A stretch of 64,000 nucleotides of DNA, taken from positions 159,154,001 to 159,218,000 of the forward strand of contig OZ024743.1 in assembly GCA_964016885.1 (NCBI GenBank), read 5' to 3'. Shown here piece by piece: positions 1 to 11,394 of this stretch (the first letter of the stretch is position 1; the number at the start of each line of letters is the position of its first letter). The position numbers were made by a program, and so were the translations under genes. Source of the DNA: Eledone cirrhosa. Taxonomy: Eukaryota. Under the pieces are notes generated by a model. That model did not search any database. It saw only the letters and a list, made by a program, of their open reading frames with translations, and was not told the DNA's origin.

Positions 1-3000
1 CCATTACCACAAGTAACGATGACACGCCCACTAAACAAACTGAAGGAGAGCGGGTAGCGGAGGCAACAAGCCTCCCTACTGAAAGAATAATGATTATTAG
101 AAACATTGAAAAAATGGAGCGTAAGCCTAATGAAAAAAATGTGAAAAAAATTGACTCGGAGAAATAGCCAACATTAATGGATGCCGTTTCGACTTTTCAC
201 GGTGCCACACTCACCAGCAAAGGTGAAAGAGAAGTAGTAGCTGTGACTACAAGTCTCTCGGATACTGAAAATATCAGTGAACATTTTGAAAAAATGGAGT
301 CTAACCCCAACGGGGGAAAAAATGTGAACGCATACACAACCTCAACAAAAAATAAATAACACAACCTCAACAAAAAAATTAAAATTGTAACAACAAAAAA
401 CAAGAAAACAACCCCATTTTGACAAATGTAAACAAAGAGGGGGCGAACAAAATGACGTTCGCTCAAACTACGAGAAAAACCATTGTGTATGAACCTGGCC
501 CAGCAAATGGAAAATGCACGGAAGTATATAACTTTGGAGGAGAATGGTCTATTTTCTTTAAATTCTCCCCCAGAGCTAAAAAAAGGAAATTGCTTAAAAA
601 CTATTATTTATAGGACAATATCAAACAAAACCCGTCAGCCAGTACAACTAACACAGAGAGAGATTGGACTGGCTTTAAAAGATCATCTGAAAAACATTGT
701 ATTCATTCGGAAGGATAGACTCTACGGTTTATCTATCCATCCGAATGAAAGATAAATTGACGGCCGAAAAACATTCCTTGGCCCCAATTGTGTCCCCCTT
801 ATTTACCTTCTTCCCCACTTATTTGGGAAGAAGAACGCAAAGATTGACCATACACAGTATCGATCCGGATATTGATTTCTGGGCGGTACTGTGTGGCCTC
901 TTCGACTTGAAAGAGGATGCAGTAATTTCGGTGGGTAAGTCTTCCAGCAACGTGTTCGGTGGAACTAGTCTGCAAGTTCTGGTGCAAATGCAGCCAGAAT
1001 ATGGAAGACGAGCCCCTTTCATCGTCAGGCGGGGGAGGCGCACTTTCATAAAGTTAAAAGAAAAAAAGAAAACACACCACAGGAACACAAATACAAACAA
1101 CCCTCCCCAATACATAACACAGACATCAACACAAAAAAACACACAACAATAGAAAACAAAAAAAACATCACACAAAAAGAAAGATATGCATACACTTACA
1201 TAAACACAATAAACAAAAAACTGTTAAACGTTATTTATAATAACAACTTAATAAAAAACTGAACGTTCGAATTTCGCACAAGTAACGGGGCTTCCCCATC
1301 TACAAATGATAAAAGCCCCAATCGACATTTACAAAACGTTAAAAGACACTTTTAAAGAGGACGTGAGGCCCCCCTGCGTCACACCCATTAACCGTGTCCT
1401 CCTAAAAAAATCCCCCCCCCCAGAAACCAACACAACTCCAAACACCCCAACCCCACCACACACTGATGCCCCTACACTTCCACAAACCACCACCCCACCA
1501 AAAAACCCATCCCCCACCCCCATGGAAATTGTGCGGCCCGGTCCCCGGGACGCAGAGAGGTAAGTGCCTTTCCTCTTTACCACCAACATGGCTGTATTGA
1601 GAGTAGGTTGTCTGAATGCGCGTGGCCTGGGCTCACCTTGGAAGCAAGCAATGCTTCTAAATGACTTCAGGTCACGATGTATAAATGTGATGGTTATTTG
1701 CGAGGCCCGGCTCAGCAGCGTGCAACAGCTGGCCCCCACCTTTGATGACTTTGAGAATCACGCATCTCTCTGTCAGTCCGGAGGTGGGGGTGGGGTTGTC
1801 GTTCTGCTGCAAAAACATCTGGGTCTCGCTACACAGACGGTACACTTGGACCCGGAGGGTCAAATAGAGGTTCTGGACCTTGGCAGTGGTGAAGGCGGAG
1901 CTTTTAGGCTGGTCGCCGTCTACGGCCCTTTTGGGTCAACGCGGCCGGACTTCTTCCATCGTCTGGAGACTTTTCTAGGGACGTCCCGCTCCTTGCTTTT
2001 AGTGGGGGACTGGAATGGTATCCTAGATGCACGTTGGGACTATGTAGGGCATGTTCTGATAGAGGGGTTGTAACAGCCTCAAGGGGTTAATCGGCCGATT
2101 CGACCTGGCCGATAGATATCGACTAGATTTTCCGACTGTGCCAACCTGGACTTGGATAAACCATAGCGGTCAATCTATGTCGTACCTAGATAGGTTCTTA
2201 GTTAAAAATAAGGATAGAGTCTTTTTAAGTTGTCCAGAAATGCTCATGGTTGGCTATTCAGACCACAAGTTGGTGACCGTCATGGTAAACCTTGATAGAA
2301 CGCATAGACAGGGACCCGGTTACTGGAAGCTCAACTTGTCCTTACCGGCAAGTATAGCTTACAGGGACCGGATTAGTACTTTAGTTAAGGAGCGGTTGAC
2401 GGGCGCCATCGTCAACAGCAGGTGGTGGGGCTCTCTCAAAAGAGAGATTAGAGTAGCTTCAATAGGAGTTAGTAAGGAGTTAGCCTCAGATAGAAATAGG
2501 AAGGTAAGGGAGTTGGTAGATAGTGTAGAAGAGGCAATTAGAAGCGGCGACGTAGCCAGAGTGCTAGCGTCGAGAACGGCCTTGGGCCAGTTCTTCGACG
2601 CGAAGCACGAAGGCTGCGTTGTCCAAAGCAAAATACGTGCTCTGGGAAACGAGGGGACCAAAGCTATTAGCTGGGCCCGCGTGACAGAAGCCAAAAGTGG
2701 GATTAGATCCACTATCCGGTCTTTGCGAGACCAGGATGGACGGGTGATCCTTGAACCTAAGCAGAGGTTCGAGGCCTTTCAAAGGCAGGAGCGGGGGATC
2801 GTATGGGGATGTGGACCCTGGTCCATACCTCGACGGCTTGACGCGTCTTTCGGACGAGGAGGTGAAGTCCTGTGAGAGGCCGATCTCAGCTGCTGAAATA
2901 GGGGACGTGCTGAGCCAATGCGGCAGACGCAAATCTCCGGGCCTCGATGGTCTTCCATACGAACTGTTTTTAAGAATGCCGGACTTATTCTTCAATCTCC

Positions 3001-5190
3001 TCGAGGCGGTCTACTGCAACTGGCAACAGAGCGGGAGAATTCCCTGTTCTGTGACCAAGAGTGTAGTCTCGCTAGTGAGGAAGGACGAGAACAAGGGGGA
3101 TGAAATAAGTAATTTTAGGACCATAACTCTGCTAAAGCAGAGTTAAAGATTTTGGCCAAGGTGTTAGCAAACAGGTTGGCGCTTGTCGTGGGCAACCTGG
3201 TGGGAGATGCGTAGACATGTGCCATCCCGTCCAGGTCCATTCATGACAACCTCCATCTCATGCGATACATCATAGAGAGGGATGGGAACGAACCCGGCTT
3301 TGGTGGGGCACTGATCAACTTGGATCAATCTAAGGCGTTCGATAGGTTCGGCCATCGTTACCTGGATGCGGTGCTAGTGGCGGCAGGTTTCGCACTCGTT
3401 TTCAGGGGCTGGATCACTGCCATGCACAGAAGCCGCATCTGCTCTAGGGTCAAGGTGAACGGCTACCTCTCGGAGCCGTTTGAAATCACGCGGTCCATCC
3501 AACAGTGATGCCCTCTCTCCTCCCTTCTGTATGTATTGACCCAAGAGCCACTGCTGCGGAAGTTGGAGTTGTTACAGGCATCCCTTTGGAATCGAGATTG
3601 CGGAAAGCGGTGTCGGCCTACGCCGATGACGTCACAGTAATGGTGTCAACCACCTCGGAAATTGGGGTGATCGGCACCTTACTGGAGGAATACGAAAGGT
3701 TTACAGGGACTAAGCTGAACCGGGACAAGTCAGTTGGTTTGCAACTGGGCGAGTGGAGGGGAAAACCGATGTTGGACGGAGGGCCCGGTGAAGTTGCTCG
3801 GGGTCTGTTTCGGGCCAGACCTCCAGGTGGAGAAGAACTGGGGTGAGGTATCGTACAGGGTGTTTGCGCTGACGCAGAATTGGGCTGAGTGCAAACTATC
3901 TCTGAAAGGTCGTGCGGAGGTGGCGAACGCTTATATAGCGTCCGTCATCTATTACCGCCTGACCGTCGTGCCTTGCCCAAGGGAAACGCTCACCAAAATA
4001 GAGCGCGCACTCTTCCAATTCCTTTGGAAGAAGCGACCTCCTTTGGTGAGGAGCTCCATCTGCTGTCAACACCCTTCGAAAGAAGGGCTGGGGATGCCGT
4101 GGCTGCTGATGCGTTAACACGCATTAAGGCTACGGGAACCTCCAGGTATTCCTCACCGGTCAACCTGTGTGGGCCCCGTTTATGAGGCGAGCCTTTCCGA
4201 GACTCGTCTCCCACACCGAGCTGCAGTCCTGGGTCAAGCAAAGACCGAGAAAACTGGGCGCCTGGCACACCGAGTGTGCCCAGGCGCTCACGGCTCTCTG
4301 GCAAGCGAATCTGGCTATCGGTGGAGACTCCACCTCGTCATTCTATAGATGGCTGTTGATTAGTAGGTGCGACGACGCCCTTGGACAAGCCCTAGACATG
4401 GAAGAAGACGAACTGGCCAGCCTATTCGGGAGGACATTTGTCCCTGGCCAGGCAGTGCTACCGAGGGGCGCTGCCCGTTCGAGAAAAGCTCTACAGACAC
4501 GGGCACCCGGGTAGGGACCCCTCAAAAAAGATCTGTCCCAGATGCGTGCGCGACGAGGTAACCGTTGCGCACGCATTAGTACACTGCTGGCGTTGCCGAT
4601 CTGTGGGGCTATGTCGAACGACAGCTGTCACGGGTGGGACCAATCCGGTTGACCACTGAGTCCATTGTAACGATCAAGCCACCTCCTCCTTCAAAAATGA
4701 AGGAGAGGCCATCTCTGTGTAATAGCCATGGTGAAAGAGGTGGTATTCTGGATACGTTTGAAAGGGCTGAGGTCGGACACCTTTCTCTCCGGCCAACAAC
4801 TGGTCCTTTTCTTTAAATACCATTATTTTAAGAGAAGGATCAGAATGGAGAGAGAGATGCTCTACCCCAGCAAATGTTATGAAAGGTGGGTGAAAGTAGC
4901 GAGAATGGCCCGTGTGAATGGGCCTTCTCTCTTTATCAGCCTGTAGGTGGAAAGGTGGAAGTGCAAAGGAGCACTCCCTCTCTGTGCTACTAAGGAAAAG
5001 GGTTGCACACTTTTTTGGGGTGTGTGTAACCCCCAAAACGCCTCCTCCCTATTGAGGACTGTATTGTTAATTTTATATTTGTTATTTGTTTTTTACTCGT
5101 TCCTTTATGTAAACTCTCCCTCTTGTATTTGTCCCCTTCTTTTGTGCCCTCGTGGCAAATAAATAGAAACTTATCTATCTATCTGTCTGT
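1..5190 (+). mobile_element. Decayed Tx1/L1-type non-LTR retrotransposon (family A), cut at the window start, with a (TATC)n-like tail
   Basis: Broken ORF1 ends at TAA 1561-1563. ORF2 fragments from ATG 1588 to TAG 4946 show APE (LNARGL, VGDWN, SDHK), RT (DQSKAFD, YADD) and C-terminal CPRC..H..C motifs, colinear with the intact ORF2 at 7941-11360. The 3' end reads ccctcgtggcaaataaatagaaac followed by tatctatctatct. Confidence 0.92.
1588..4946 (+). pseudogene. Frameshifted APE endonuclease/reverse transcriptase ORF2
   Basis: Track ORFs from 1564..2073 through 4728..4946 tile one EN-RT protein across several frameshifts and stops. Confidence 0.9.
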
Positions 5191-5224
5191 GACCCCCTCC
5201 CTCCCCCTCCATATATAGCCACAA

Positions 5225-6248
5225 AACACGAATAAAATCAAAAAAAGTTCTCGGTTCTTCAAAGAAGCCAAAAAATTCGAATCAGAAACTGAGCTAACAC
5301 ATAATTGCGAAAACAAAGAAAAACAACAATAAAAATTGTGAAAGACAAAATTTAAATTGAAAATTGACATCCAGAATGCCATATTAAAACGATGGCAAGA
5401 GAAATCCTTACATGGCCAATACCCCAAAAAATGAAATAGAAAGGAAGTAGACAAAGAAAACACATAAAACTGGACTGAAACACTGGACTAAAAGCTGAGA
5501 CGGGAGGTTTTCTAATTCCAGTGCAGGACAAGAGTCTCCTTAACAGAAACTACTAGAAGTACATAATGAAACAAAGCACAATAAATAACTGTAGAATATG
5601 TAGAGATTAGGAAGAAACAATCAACCACATTGTTTCTGGATGCCCAACTCTAGCCCAGAAAGAATATATCCACAGGCATGATAGAGTTAGGACCTTCATA
5701 CACTTGAAATTATGCCAGCATTATGAAATACCAATAGAAAAGGGTGGTGCAAATACACACCAGAAAAAGTGTTACAGAATGACAAAGCAACCAGGCTATA
5801 CTAATACACACACACACACAGAAATCAAAGCCAACCGATCAGATATTATAGTCAAAGACCACAAAGAAAAGAATGCCTTCTCATAGATGTATCAATCCCT
5901 ACAATCGACAATATATCTTCCATGGTAATACAAAAATCCTCCCAATATAAAGATCTAGAGATAGAAATAACTCGAATGTGGAAAATGAAAACAGAAACAT
6001 TACCTATAATAATTAGTGCTCTGGGAATGATAAAAACGCACACAGACAAATACATAACCAAAATCCCAGGACTTACAAATATATATAGCATACAAAAGAT
6101 ATCACTACTGGGCACTGAACACATATTACGAAAACTACTATCAATATAAAAGAAACAACAACAACAAAATCTACACTGCTCATAACCAAGGAGCACAGAG
6201 GTGTGATCGGTAATGAGCAATAGAAATAATTATGGACATAATAATAAT
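5225..6248 (+). mobile_element. 3' fragment of an R4/Dong-like RLE LINE
   Basis: CRIC..TINHIVSGC zinc knuckle, HDRV, NRSDIIVKD and YKDLEIEITRMW..PIIISALG restriction-like endonuclease motifs; ends in (ATA)n. Confidence 0.85.
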
Positions 6249-6349
6249 TGTTTCTACTTTCCGCACAAGGCCAGGAAATATCCAGTGCATTACTGGTACT
6301 TTATTTTATTGACACCGTAATGATGAAAGGCAAAGTTAACATCGGCGGG

Positions 6350-6385
<36 letters not shown>

Positions 6386-6603
6386 TGTTTCTATTTTAAT
6401 CACAAGACCAGCAATTTGAAGGGGAGAGGAAAGTCGATTAAATCGATCCCAGTACTCACTGGTGCTTTATTTCATCGACCCCGTAAGGATGAAAGGCAAA
6501 GCTAACCTCGGTGGGATTTTAACTCAGAACCTAAAGGGCCATAACTTGTATGCTGCAAAGCATTCTGTCTGACGCTTTACCGATACTGCCAATCCATCGC
6601 CCT

Positions 6604-6636
<33 letters not shown>

Positions 6637-6820
6637 TGTTTCTACTTTAGGCACAAGGCCAGCAATTACCAGTGCATTACTGGTACTTTATTTTATCGAC
6701 CCCGTAAGGATGAAAGGCAAAGTCAACCTCGGCGGGATTTGAACTCAGATGGTAAAGGGACGTAACTATGCTGGAAAGCATGGCGTCCGACCCTCTACCG
6801 ATACTGCCAATCCACCGCCC

Positions 6821-6821
<1 letters not shown>
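6246..6821 (-). mobile_element. Three tandem tRNA-derived SINE copies (about 6246-6350 partial, 6383-6603, 6633-6821) separated by (AAT)n
   Basis: Reverse complements of the SINE consensus: A box TGGCAGTATCGG, B box GAGTTCAAATCC, central gcctttcatccttacggggtcgataaaataaagtaccag, tail ccttgtgcctaaagtagaaac. Confidence 0.9.
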
Positions 6822-6856
<35 letters not shown>

Positions 6857-6857
<1 letters not shown>

Positions 6858-7624
6858 TCTTTCTTTATTAACCACAAGGGTTTACACAAAGTAGTCATTA
6901 AGGACAGTACAGGACAATACAGGACGGTACCAATGGGAATTTCTGCGTGTGAAAAAACAAAAAAACAGAGGTAACAAAAAATAACAAAGAAAAAATCCCC
7001 AATAGGGGGGAGGCTTCCGAAGGCCATTGTGGAGAAAGCCCATTAATAAAAGCCACGGTGACCCTGACCACCAGGGCAAGTGCCCTCTTCCAGTTTTCCA
7101 CCTTCAATTTACAGGCATATACTCAGAGTAGGTCCATTCACTCGGGCCATTCTTGCCTCTCTAACCCATCTTTCAACAAAATGCTGAGAAGAGAGCACTT
7201 CCCTCTCTACCCTGATTTTCCTTTTCAAATGAAATTTGAAAAAGTTAATCAGGGCATCACCGAAGAGGCAACCGCTCGTCTTCAGCCCTTTCAGACGCGT
7301 CCACCATACTATCTCTTTCGCCATGGCCACCAGACAGATAAAAACTGCCTGCCCTTCCCGGCTAAAGGAAGAGGGCGGGGCAATACTCACGATGGACTCA
7401 GCTGATAGCTGGATCCATCCTACACGCGACAGCAGGTGTTCGACATGAACCCACAAGTCAGCAATGCTCAGACACTGGACGAGTGCATGCAGGACGGTTT
7501 CGTCGCCCTGCGCGTATTTCGGACATGCCCGGCTGACGGCACTTCCGTGCCGGTAGTGTTTATCCAAAACTGGCAAATCTCCTCGGTAGCACTGCCAGGC
7601 CAGGGATTTCTGGAAATTGTCCAT
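6857..7624 (-). mobile_element. 5'-truncated Tx1-like copy (family B): ORF2 C-terminus plus 3' UTR, within (AAT)n
   Basis: MDNFQKSLAWQCY...VNGPTLSICL is nearly identical to the end of the 1139-aa ORF2; same 3' UTR; (AAT)n on both sides. Confidence 0.93.
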
Positions 7625-7638
7625 TAATAATAATTGTC

Positions 7639-7680
<42 letters not shown>

Positions 7681-7940
7681 TTTCTTTATTAACCACAAGG
7701 GTTTACATAAAGTAGACATTAAGGACAGTGCAGGACAATGCAGGACGGTACAAATGGGCATTTCTGCGTGTAAAAAAACAAAAACAGAGGATGTAACAAA
7801 AATAACAATGAAAATAACAATGAAAAATTCCCCAATAGGGGGGAGACTTCGGAGGGACATTTGTGGAGAAAGCCCAGTAAAAAGCCACAATGACCCTGAC
7901 CACCAAGGCAAGTGCCCTCTCCCAGTTTTCCACCTTTAGT

Positions 7941-10900
7941 TTACAGATATATACTCAGAGTCGGCCCATTCACTCGGGCCATTCTTGCTTCTCTCACCCA
8001 TCTTTCAACAAAATGCTGGGAAGAGAGCACTTCCTTCTCTACTCTGATTTTCCTTTTCAAATGAAATTTGAAAAAGTCAATCAGAGCATCACCGAAGAGG
8101 TAAGTGCTCGTCTTCAGCCCTTTCAAACGTGTCCACCATACTATCTCTTTCGCCATGGCCACCAGACAGATAAAAACTGCCTGCCCTTCCCGGCTAAAGG
8201 AAGAGGGCGGGGCAATCCTCACGATAGACTCAGATGATAGCTGGATCCGTCCTAAACGCGACAGCAGGTGTTCGACATAAACCCACAAGTCAGCAATTTT
8301 CGGACACTGGACGAGTGCGTGCAGGACGGTTTCGTCGCCCTGCGCGCATCTCGGACATGCCCGGCTGACGGCACCTCCATGCCTGTAGAGTTTATCCCGA
8401 ACTGGCAAGGCTCCTCGGTAGCACTGCCAGGCCAGAGATTTCTGGAAGTTGTCCATAGGCCCTGGCCCGAAAGTTCTTCCGAAGAGATTGGCTAGTTGAT
8501 TTTCGTCGACGCCTAGAGTTTCCCCAAGTACGTCGTCGCTCTTCCCCTCCACTAATCCTCTATAGAACGCCGAGGTGGAGTTTCCACCGATCACATTGCC
8601 CGATTGGTCGAGGGCTGTGAGCGCCTGAAGACATTCCAGTCTCCAGGCGCTCCCTCTCGGTCTTCGCTTGACCCAGGACTGCAGCTCCGTCAAGGAAACG
8701 AGCTGGGGAAAAACGCGTCTAGCAAACGGCGACCACACCTGATCACCGTCGAGGAAGAGGTGGAGATGTCGTAGCCTGAGCGCGTGCCTGCGCATCATCA
8801 GCCACGGCATGCCCAGCCCTCCACGTAGCGGGTGTTGACAACAGATGGACCGCCTGACCATCGGAGCACGTCCCTTCCACAAAAAGCGAAAGAGCAAACG
8901 CTCCAGCGCAGTCAGGCGAGGCTTAGGACAAGGTACGACGGTTAGGCGGTAGCAGATGACAGACGCGATGTACGCGTTAGCCACCTCCGCTCGACCTTTC
9001 AGGGATAGCTTCCTCTCCGCCCATTTCTGGGTGAGAGAAGCCACCCTGCTCGTCACCTCGTCCCAGTTTTTGTCCGTCTGGAGGTCCGGACCGAACCAGA
9101 CCCCTAGCAATTTAACCGGTCCGTCCGTCCAGCGCCCGACGACGCTGTTGGACGGCATGGACCTGCCTCTCCAGGTGCCGAGCTGCAGGCCCACTGACTT
9201 TTCCTGGTTGATCATTGCTCCTGTCACCGCTTCGTATTCTCTTAGTGTAGTGCCGATCGCCTCGATGTGTTTGGCGTTCGACACCACTACGGTGACATCG
9301 TCCGCATATGCTGACACGGATCTTCCGCATCCTAGTTCGCGCGGGACTCCCCTCAACGTCTCCAGTTTGTGCAGTAATGGCTCGAGAGTCAATACGTACA
9401 AGAGGGACGAGAGGGGACATCCTTGGCGGACCGAGCGCATGATGTTGAACGGTTCCGACAGGTGACCGTTCACTCTCACCACAGAGCAGATGTCGCTGTG
9501 CATGGCAGCGATCCAGCCTCTGAAGACGGGCCCAAAGCCAGCCGCCCTCAGGACTGCCGCTAGGTAACGATGGTCGACCCTATCGAAAGCTTTCGACTGA
9601 TCTAAATTGATCAAGGACCCACCCGTGCCAGGTTCCCTAGCTACCCTCTCTACGATGTATCGCATGAGGTGGAGGTTGTCGTGGATGGATCTGTCGGGAA
9701 TGGCGCATGTCTGCGCCTCTCCCACCAGACCACCAACGACAAGCGCCAACCTCTTTGCTAGCACCTTGGCCAAAATCTTAAACTCTGTGTTTAGCAGAGT
9801 TATGGGCCGGACATTGTCTATGTTATCCCCCTTGTTCGGATCCTTTCTCAGCAGTGCCACCGCTCCTCGGCTCACAGAACTGGGAATTCTCCCGTTCTGT
9901 TGCCAGTTGCAGTAGACGTCCGCCAAGAGGCCTCCGAACAAGTCTGGCATCTGTACGTAAAGTTCATAGGGCAGACCATCCAAACCAGGCGATTTACCCC
10001 TTGTGCAGCCAGTCATTGCCTCCCGTACTTCAGCGGCTGTTATCGGCTTTTCGCAACACTTCGCCTCAGTGGCCGAGAGCCGCGGCAGTCCGTCGAGGTA
10101 GACACTAAAGTCCATCCCTCTACCCGGCCCCCCGCTGCCCCCGAACAGCTGAGCGAAGTGTCGCTGAAAAGCTTCACACATTTGCCCGGGATCGAGTAGC
10201 ATGCGCCCGTCGTGGTCCACCAAAGACCGGATCGTGGCTTTGTTGCCACGACGCGCCTCCGCCACTCGGGCCCATTGAACGGCTTTCGTCCCCTCGTGTC
10301 TGAGAGCACGCACCCTAGCTCTGACAACGCAGCCTTCGTGCTTTGTATTGAAGAATTGGTCAAGGGCCAATTTCGCCGCAAGCACGTCGGTCGCAATGCC
10401 TTTGCTAAGCGCCTCGTCTAATTTTCTAACTAGTTCTCCCTCTGCTCTATTTTTCTCTATTGCTAAAGCCTTACTAAACCTAATCGATTCTATTCTAATC
10501 GCTCTTTTCAGAGCAAACCACCACTTGTTGTTGACGATGGCCCCCGTCAACGCCCGCTTAACTAGTTCGCTAATCCGGTCTCTGTAGGCCTTGCGCGCTG
10601 GTAAGGACGCGTTTAGCTTCCAGTAGCCGGGTCCTCGTCTATGAAGCCTATCTAAGTCAAGCACACAGATCACGAATTTGTGGTCCGTGTAGCTGACTAT
10701 CTTGAATTGTGGACAGCCTATGCTAGACCTATCTATTTCCCTACAAAATACTCTATCTAGATATGATCTGGATGACCCTATGCGGTTTGTCCAAGTCCAC
10801 ATTGGCACATTCGGGAAATCCAATCGGTACCTGTCAGACAGTTCAAAACGCCTGAGCAGGTTGGTGAGGCTCTTGCACCCTCCACCCCTATCCGCTAATC

Positions 10901-11360
10901 CCACACAGTCCCAGCGTGCATCTAAGATCCCGTTCCAGTCGCCCACTAACACTAAAGAGCGGGACGTTCCAAGAAAGGTCTCCAGACGCCGGAAGAAATC
11001 AGGCCGCCCTGCTCCTGTCGGGGCATAGACGGCCACTAGCCTGAAAGCTTGCCCGTCTCCGCTGGTCACGTCCAGCACCACCAGCTTACCCTCTGGGTCC
11101 AGGAAGATGGCCCGTATGGCGAGATCCAAACCTCTCCGAAAAAGCACAGCAACTCCTCCACCCGATCCAGGACGGCTGGGAGATGCGTACACATCGTAGC
11201 CGCCGAAGATCGGTGCGAAGGCCCGTGCTTCGGAGATTCTGGTCTCGCTGATGGCCACTACATCTATGTTTAGTGACCTGAGGTCGTTGAGCAGGTGACC
11301 CTGCTTCCATGACGACCCCAAGCCACGCGCATTTATGCTGCCTATTCTGAGTGAGGTCAT
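7941..11360 (-). CDS. ORF2: APE endonuclease, reverse transcriptase and C-terminal CCHC finger (1139 aa)
   Basis: INARGL, ISETR, VGDWN, YLDR, YTDHK; KSPGLDG, RPITLLN, LDQSKAFD, RQGCPLS, YADD; CPRCAQGDETVLHALVQC; no internal stops. Confidence 0.96.
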   Translation of the reverse strand: MTSLRIGSINARGLGSSWKQGHLLNDLRSLNIDVVAISETRISEARAFAPIFGGYDVYASPSRPGSGGGVAVLFRRGLDLAIRAIFLDPEGKLVVLDVTSGDGQAFRLVAVYAPTGAGRPDFFRRLETFLGTSRSLVLVGDWNGILDARWDCVGLADRGGGCKSLTNLLRRFELSDRYRLDFPNVPMWTWTNRIGSSRSYLDRVFCREIDRSSIGCPQFKIVSYTDHKFVICVLDLDRLHRRGPGYWKLNASLPARKAYRDRISELVKRALTGAIVNNKWWFALKRAIRIESIRFSKALAIEKNRAEGELVRKLDEALSKGIATDVLAAKLALDQFFNTKHEGCVVRARVRALRHEGTKAVQWARVAEARRGNKATIRSLVDHDGRMLLDPGQMCEAFQRHFAQLFGGSGGPGRGMDFSVYLDGLPRLSATEAKCCEKPITAAEVREAMTGCTRGKSPGLDGLPYELYVQMPDLFGGLLADVYCNWQQNGRIPSSVSRGAVALLRKDPNKGDNIDNVRPITLLNTEFKILAKVLAKRLALVVGGLVGEAQTCAIPDRSIHDNLHLMRYIVERVAREPGTGGSLINLDQSKAFDRVDHRYLAAVLRAAGFGPVFRGWIAAMHSDICSVVRVNGHLSEPFNIMRSVRQGCPLSSLLYVLTLEPLLHKLETLRGVPRELGCGRSVSAYADDVTVVVSNAKHIEAIGTTLREYEAVTGAMINQEKSVGLQLGTWRGRSMPSNSVVGRWTDGPVKLLGVWFGPDLQTDKNWDEVTSRVASLTQKWAERKLSLKGRAEVANAYIASVICYRLTVVPCPKPRLTALERLLFRFLWKGRAPMVRRSICCQHPLRGGLGMPWLMMRRHALRLRHLHLFLDGDQVWSPFARRVFPQLVSLTELQSWVKRRPRGSAWRLECLQALTALDQSGNVIGGNSTSAFYRGLVEGKSDDVLGETLGVDENQLANLFGRTFGPGPMDNFQKSLAWQCYRGALPVRDKLYRHGGAVSRACPRCAQGDETVLHALVQCPKIADLWVYVEHLLSRLGRIQLSSESIVRIAPPSSFSREGQAVFICLVAMAKEIVWWTRLKGLKTSTYLFGDALIDFFKFHLKRKIRVEKEVLSSQHFVERWVREARMARVNGPTLSIYL

Positions 11361-11394
11361 GTTTAAATAGAGTGGAAAAGATGGGAAAGACCAC

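Noticed and set aside
7941-11360. GC-rich ORF2 as evidence of horizontal transfer
   Set aside because: Older diverged relatives (1-5190, 44900-46410) are similarly GC-rich, indicating long residence; composition alone is insufficient.
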